A stretch of 64,000 bases of DNA from Leucoraja ocellata (lineage: Eukaryota): NCBI GenBank assembly GCA_036785375.1, contig JAWMAR010000016.1, positions 4,278,001 through 4,342,000 on the forward strand, in the 5' to 3' direction. Below are positions 60,920 through 64,000 of the stretch, piece by piece. The notes below the pieces were generated by a model. The model saw only the letters and a program-made list of their open reading frames with translations, made no database searches and was not told the DNA's origin. The first letter of the stretch is position 1, and each line of letters begins with the position of its first letter. Position numbers and translations under genes: made by a program.

Positions 60920-61355
60920 AGGCCTGCACATTCTTCCGGTTGCCAAACATTTTAACTCCCCTTCCCATTCACAAACTGGCCTTTCTATCCTGGGCCTCCT
61001 CCAATGTCTGAGGCCACATGCAAATTAGAGGAACATCACAAATTCCCTGTCTCTCCGCCCCTCCCCCACCAGTGTCGCCCTGCCAGTTCCACTGTTCACA
61101 TGCACATATCTCTTTGCATCACCTCTTCCACACCGAACAATGGACCATTGTGGGCTCCACCTTTCCTTGATCATCAATGCCGGCTCTGAATTCTTGTGGA
61201 CATTTCCATACCTCTAGTTTCCCTCCCCACTGACTCTCAGTCTGAAGAAAGGTCTCGACCCGAAACGTCACACATTCCATCTCTCCATAGATGCTGCCTC
61301 ACCCGCTGAGTTTCTCCAGCATTTTCTGTCTACCTTCTGCAGTTCTTTGTTGCTA
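60920..61355 (+). mobile_element. Penelope-like 3' end (GIY-YIG C-terminus and pLTR with hammerhead)
   Basis: LPVAKHFNSPSHS..LSILGLLQC..EATCKLEEHH; CTGAAGAAAGGTCTCGACCCGAAACGTC at 61242. Confidence 0.85.
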
Positions 61356-61979
61356 CATGGAGTGGGCAGGATCTGACACTGTGACAGAAACAGCAGCTGC
61401 TATTGTGCCTTAAAGAAGCACATTTTATACAGGCATGGTTTAACCTGTACTATATGCTGTACTATAAATGTTTCAATGATATATAATGACAGAGGAGAAT
61501 ATTCAACCAGACAGGGGAATGGTGCGCTGTTTCTGCACACAACCCTGGGAAATAATACCAATGTGAATGAAGAGGTAGTTCCTCTTTTAATTTAATCTGA
61601 GACCCTCCTCAGAGTTGTCAACAAAAATTCGGAAATGGTGACAAAGCAAGAATGACTGATGACAAAACTAAACAGCAAAGGTAAAACTGAAGATACTTGT
61701 CAGCCAAATATTCTTTCCTTTTTGCATGGTGTGACTCAGCAGCCATATCTTCTCCTGAACCATTTTGGCTCATCGGGATATACCTGTCCTTCTTAAAGCA
61801 ATTTCAAAACGCCTCCAAAAGTGCAGGAAGTGGCGGCACAGTGTCGCAGCAGTAGAGTTGCTGCTCACAGTGCCAGAGACCTGACTTCTATGTGGATTTG
61901 AGTGTTTTGGTCACCTTGGGGGTCTTCTCCAGGTGCTCCGGTTTCCTCCCACATTCCAACAATGTGCAGGTTTGTAGGT

Positions 61980-62117
61980 CTTCCTCTTGCATATGGCATG
62001 CACAGCCTAAAGTTGTAGGACAACTTGTTCTATTTGATCTTATTTGATCGTGCACGCCAGGTTGATTGCATTCGTTGAAACAGGGCGGACCACGTGAAGG
62101 TTGCAATCTCCCACACC
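61980..62117 (-). mobile_element. HDV-ribozyme-headed short retroposon (second copy)
   Basis: TSD AGGTTTGTAGGT(61968-61979)/AGGGTTGTAGGT(62118-62129); tail AAGAGGAAG; homologous to 40-170. Confidence 0.85.
62064..62117 (-). ncRNA. HDV/CPEB3-like ribozyme motif, 54 nt, P4-less
   Basis: P1 GGTGTGG/CCGCCCT (1 mismatch), J1/2 GA, P2 GATTGCA/TGCAATC, P3 ACC/GGT, L3 TTCACGT, GT, 5-nt TTCAA linker, J4/2 CGAA. Confidence 0.8.
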
Positions 62118-62831
62118 AGGGTTGTAGGTTAATTAGATTTTATAAATAGCCCCTCATGTGTTGGATGAAAAGTGGGATAACAAGTGATTGTTGGCTAGCG
62201 TGGACTCGATGGGCCGAAAGGCCTGTTTCTACGCTGCACCTCGAAACTAAACAAAAATAAAAAAATAAACTCCAATGGTAGAATCACTGTATCAGGAGAA
62301 GAACAACCAAGTTTGTTCTCATTCCATCTATTTTTGTGGGCAGAATACCTGATACATTCACCACACAATACTCTTCATTTCTGTAGAAAGAAGAAAAACA
62401 ACAGGAAAGTGAGATGAGCAGCTATGAAGATTCCTTACAGTCTGGAAGAATACTTAGAAAAAGATTAGGTGTGAGCTGGCCCACCGTAATGCAAAGGTTA
62501 AACAGACTATGTCAGCTAAAATGTAGTTGTCAGCTAAATTAGCAGCACCACATTTCAAACCCTGCTTAGGAAAACAAGTAGATGTTTTCGAAGAATGCTG
62601 AGGCTAACTCGAAGGGACCAGAAAATCACGAGGCCACCTGCAAGGTCACTAAGACAAGCTCTGCCTTCCTAGAGGCATCTGAGACTAGCTCGGCGTCTGA
62701 TAGGACACGTAACATGCCATTATGGTACCAAGGAGGATAGCTAGATTTGACACATAGTCACCTGGTGGTCTTAGATATAAAGTTATTATATCTGCATGCT
62801 TCCACCGTTAGAGGAAAGCTGCACCTGGAGG

Positions 62832-63006
62832 NNNNNNNNNNNNNNNNNNNNNNNNNNNNNNNNNNNNNNNNNNNNNNNNNNNNNNNNNNNNNNNNNNNNN
62901 NNNNNNNNNNNNNNNNNNNNNNNNNNNNNNNNNNNNNNNNNNNNNNNNNNNNNNNNNNNNNNNNNNNNNNNNNNNNNNNNNNNNNNNNNNNNNNNNNNNN
63001 NNNNNN
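62832..63006. other. Assembly gap (175 N)
   Basis: Run of N. Confidence 1.
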
Positions 63007-63574
63007 TCCAGTACCTGTTATTTTGTGTTATTTTGTGTTAGTCCTGGCTGAGACATGTTGTTGGTCACTTGCCATCCATTTATCTGGAGCATAATATTTA
63101 TGAATTATTAGTGGGACCATTTACTGGAGTCGGCAAATGGGGCCTGCCGGCCTTTATAATTCAGCTGTGAGAGACACATACCTCTGCATTCTGATGAGAT
63201 CCAGTAGCTCATTGAGAACCCAGACCCATTCAACCCTATAAGTGAGTAGTCTGTACTTCTGGACACTTACCTTGACTAATGTAACAAAATCCTCCACCTT
63301 ACCAATGAAAGTGTCAGGAATCCAAGATGGGCAATATTGTACAGCAGATTGGAAATCATCCCTGCATGACCATGACAGAACTAATCATTCCAAATAAATT
63401 AGAAGTTCCAAATAAATAGAGATGCGCAGAGAATTCTGATGATAAGAAATGGGACATTTCTGAAATATGAATCTGCCAGGCTGAACAATTCAACTACTCA
63501 ATGCATTTTTCTGGGCCATTATAGTTTGCATGGATCGAAGGAAATCCTCTGTGTCTGGCCTCGATTCAGAACTG

Positions 63575-63652
63575 GGTAGGAAGGAACTGCAGATGCTGGT
63601 TTACACTGAAAATAGACACAAAATGCTGGAGTAACTCAGTGGAACACGCAGT
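63575..63652 (-). mobile_element. Penelope-derived short element, 3' part
   Basis: GTAGGAAGGAACTGCAGATGCTGG..GACACAAAATGCTGGAGTAACTCAG. Confidence 0.75.
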
Positions 63653-64000
63653 ACCACGTGCATCAGATGAAAGCAGCTGGGTTTGGAATGGCATTTATTT
63701 TACACAAGCTTCCAGCAATGAAACAAAGTTTTAGCTGCGTCAGTCGGAAAAGTTGGAGATGCGTCAGTTTAGGACAGAATCTGTAATTCATTCCTTTGCG
63801 ACCTTTAAAAAGGTTACCACATCAGAGGAAAATGAGTTTGCTGAATTCCCAGCACTGCCTGTTGTAACATGCCAAGAATAATCATTCCATGCATTTTCAC
63901 ACTCAGCGCCCAATTTCTCTTTGCTTCCCAGCCCAGCCCCCACACAAGTTCAACAAAAATGTTTCTTTCCATCTGCTCCTTTTATTTTTACTTCAGATGT

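Larger units (their letters stand above)
61830..62250 (+). mobile_element. HE1-like V-SINE interrupted by the ribozyme SINE
   Basis: Head GGCGGCACAGTGTCGCAGCAGTAGAG, V-domain, tail GGGCCGAAAGGCCTGTTTC. Confidence 0.85.

Noticed and set aside
62747-63094. ORFs spanning the N run
   Set aside because: Artefacts of the assembly gap.
63191-63230. CTGATGAG as an additional hammerhead core
   Set aside because: No properly placed stem II plus GAAA and no cleavage triplet.

Overview
Repeat-dense vertebrate genomic DNA, almost certainly from a cartilaginous fish (skate or ray). The clue is about 20 copies of the elasmobranch HE1-type tRNA-derived V-SINE, together with many 3' fragments of its partner CR1/HER1 LINE. 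I could not recognise any host protein-coding exon; the window looks like a large intron or intergenic DNA, and every recognisable ORF is transposon-derived. Retroelements: a structurally complete but mutated DIRS1-type tyrosine-recombinase retrotransposon (8326-12791), 3' portions of Rex1/Babar, L2, RTE, L1 and CR1 LINEs, Penelope-like elements and a 141-bp solo LTR. Non-autonomous DNA transposons: Harbinger-like, Tc1/mariner-like, hAT-like with 7-bp TSDs, and an unclassified TIR element carrying two TATA-Inr modules. The most interesting signal is two independent families of short retroposons that appear to carry self-cleaving ribozymes. (1) A 130-140-bp SINE-like element (40-170 and 61980-62117) begins exactly at a 54-nt, P4-less HDV/CPEB3-like ribozyme fold (L3 UUCACGU, J4/2 CGAA). 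(2) More than 20 Penelope-derived short elements carry a minimal hammerhead motif (CUGAAGA-stem II-GAAACGUC); many have their own 11-16-bp TSDs and are often head-to-head pairs. All folds and family assignments were made by eye, and boundaries of degenerate repeats are approximate.
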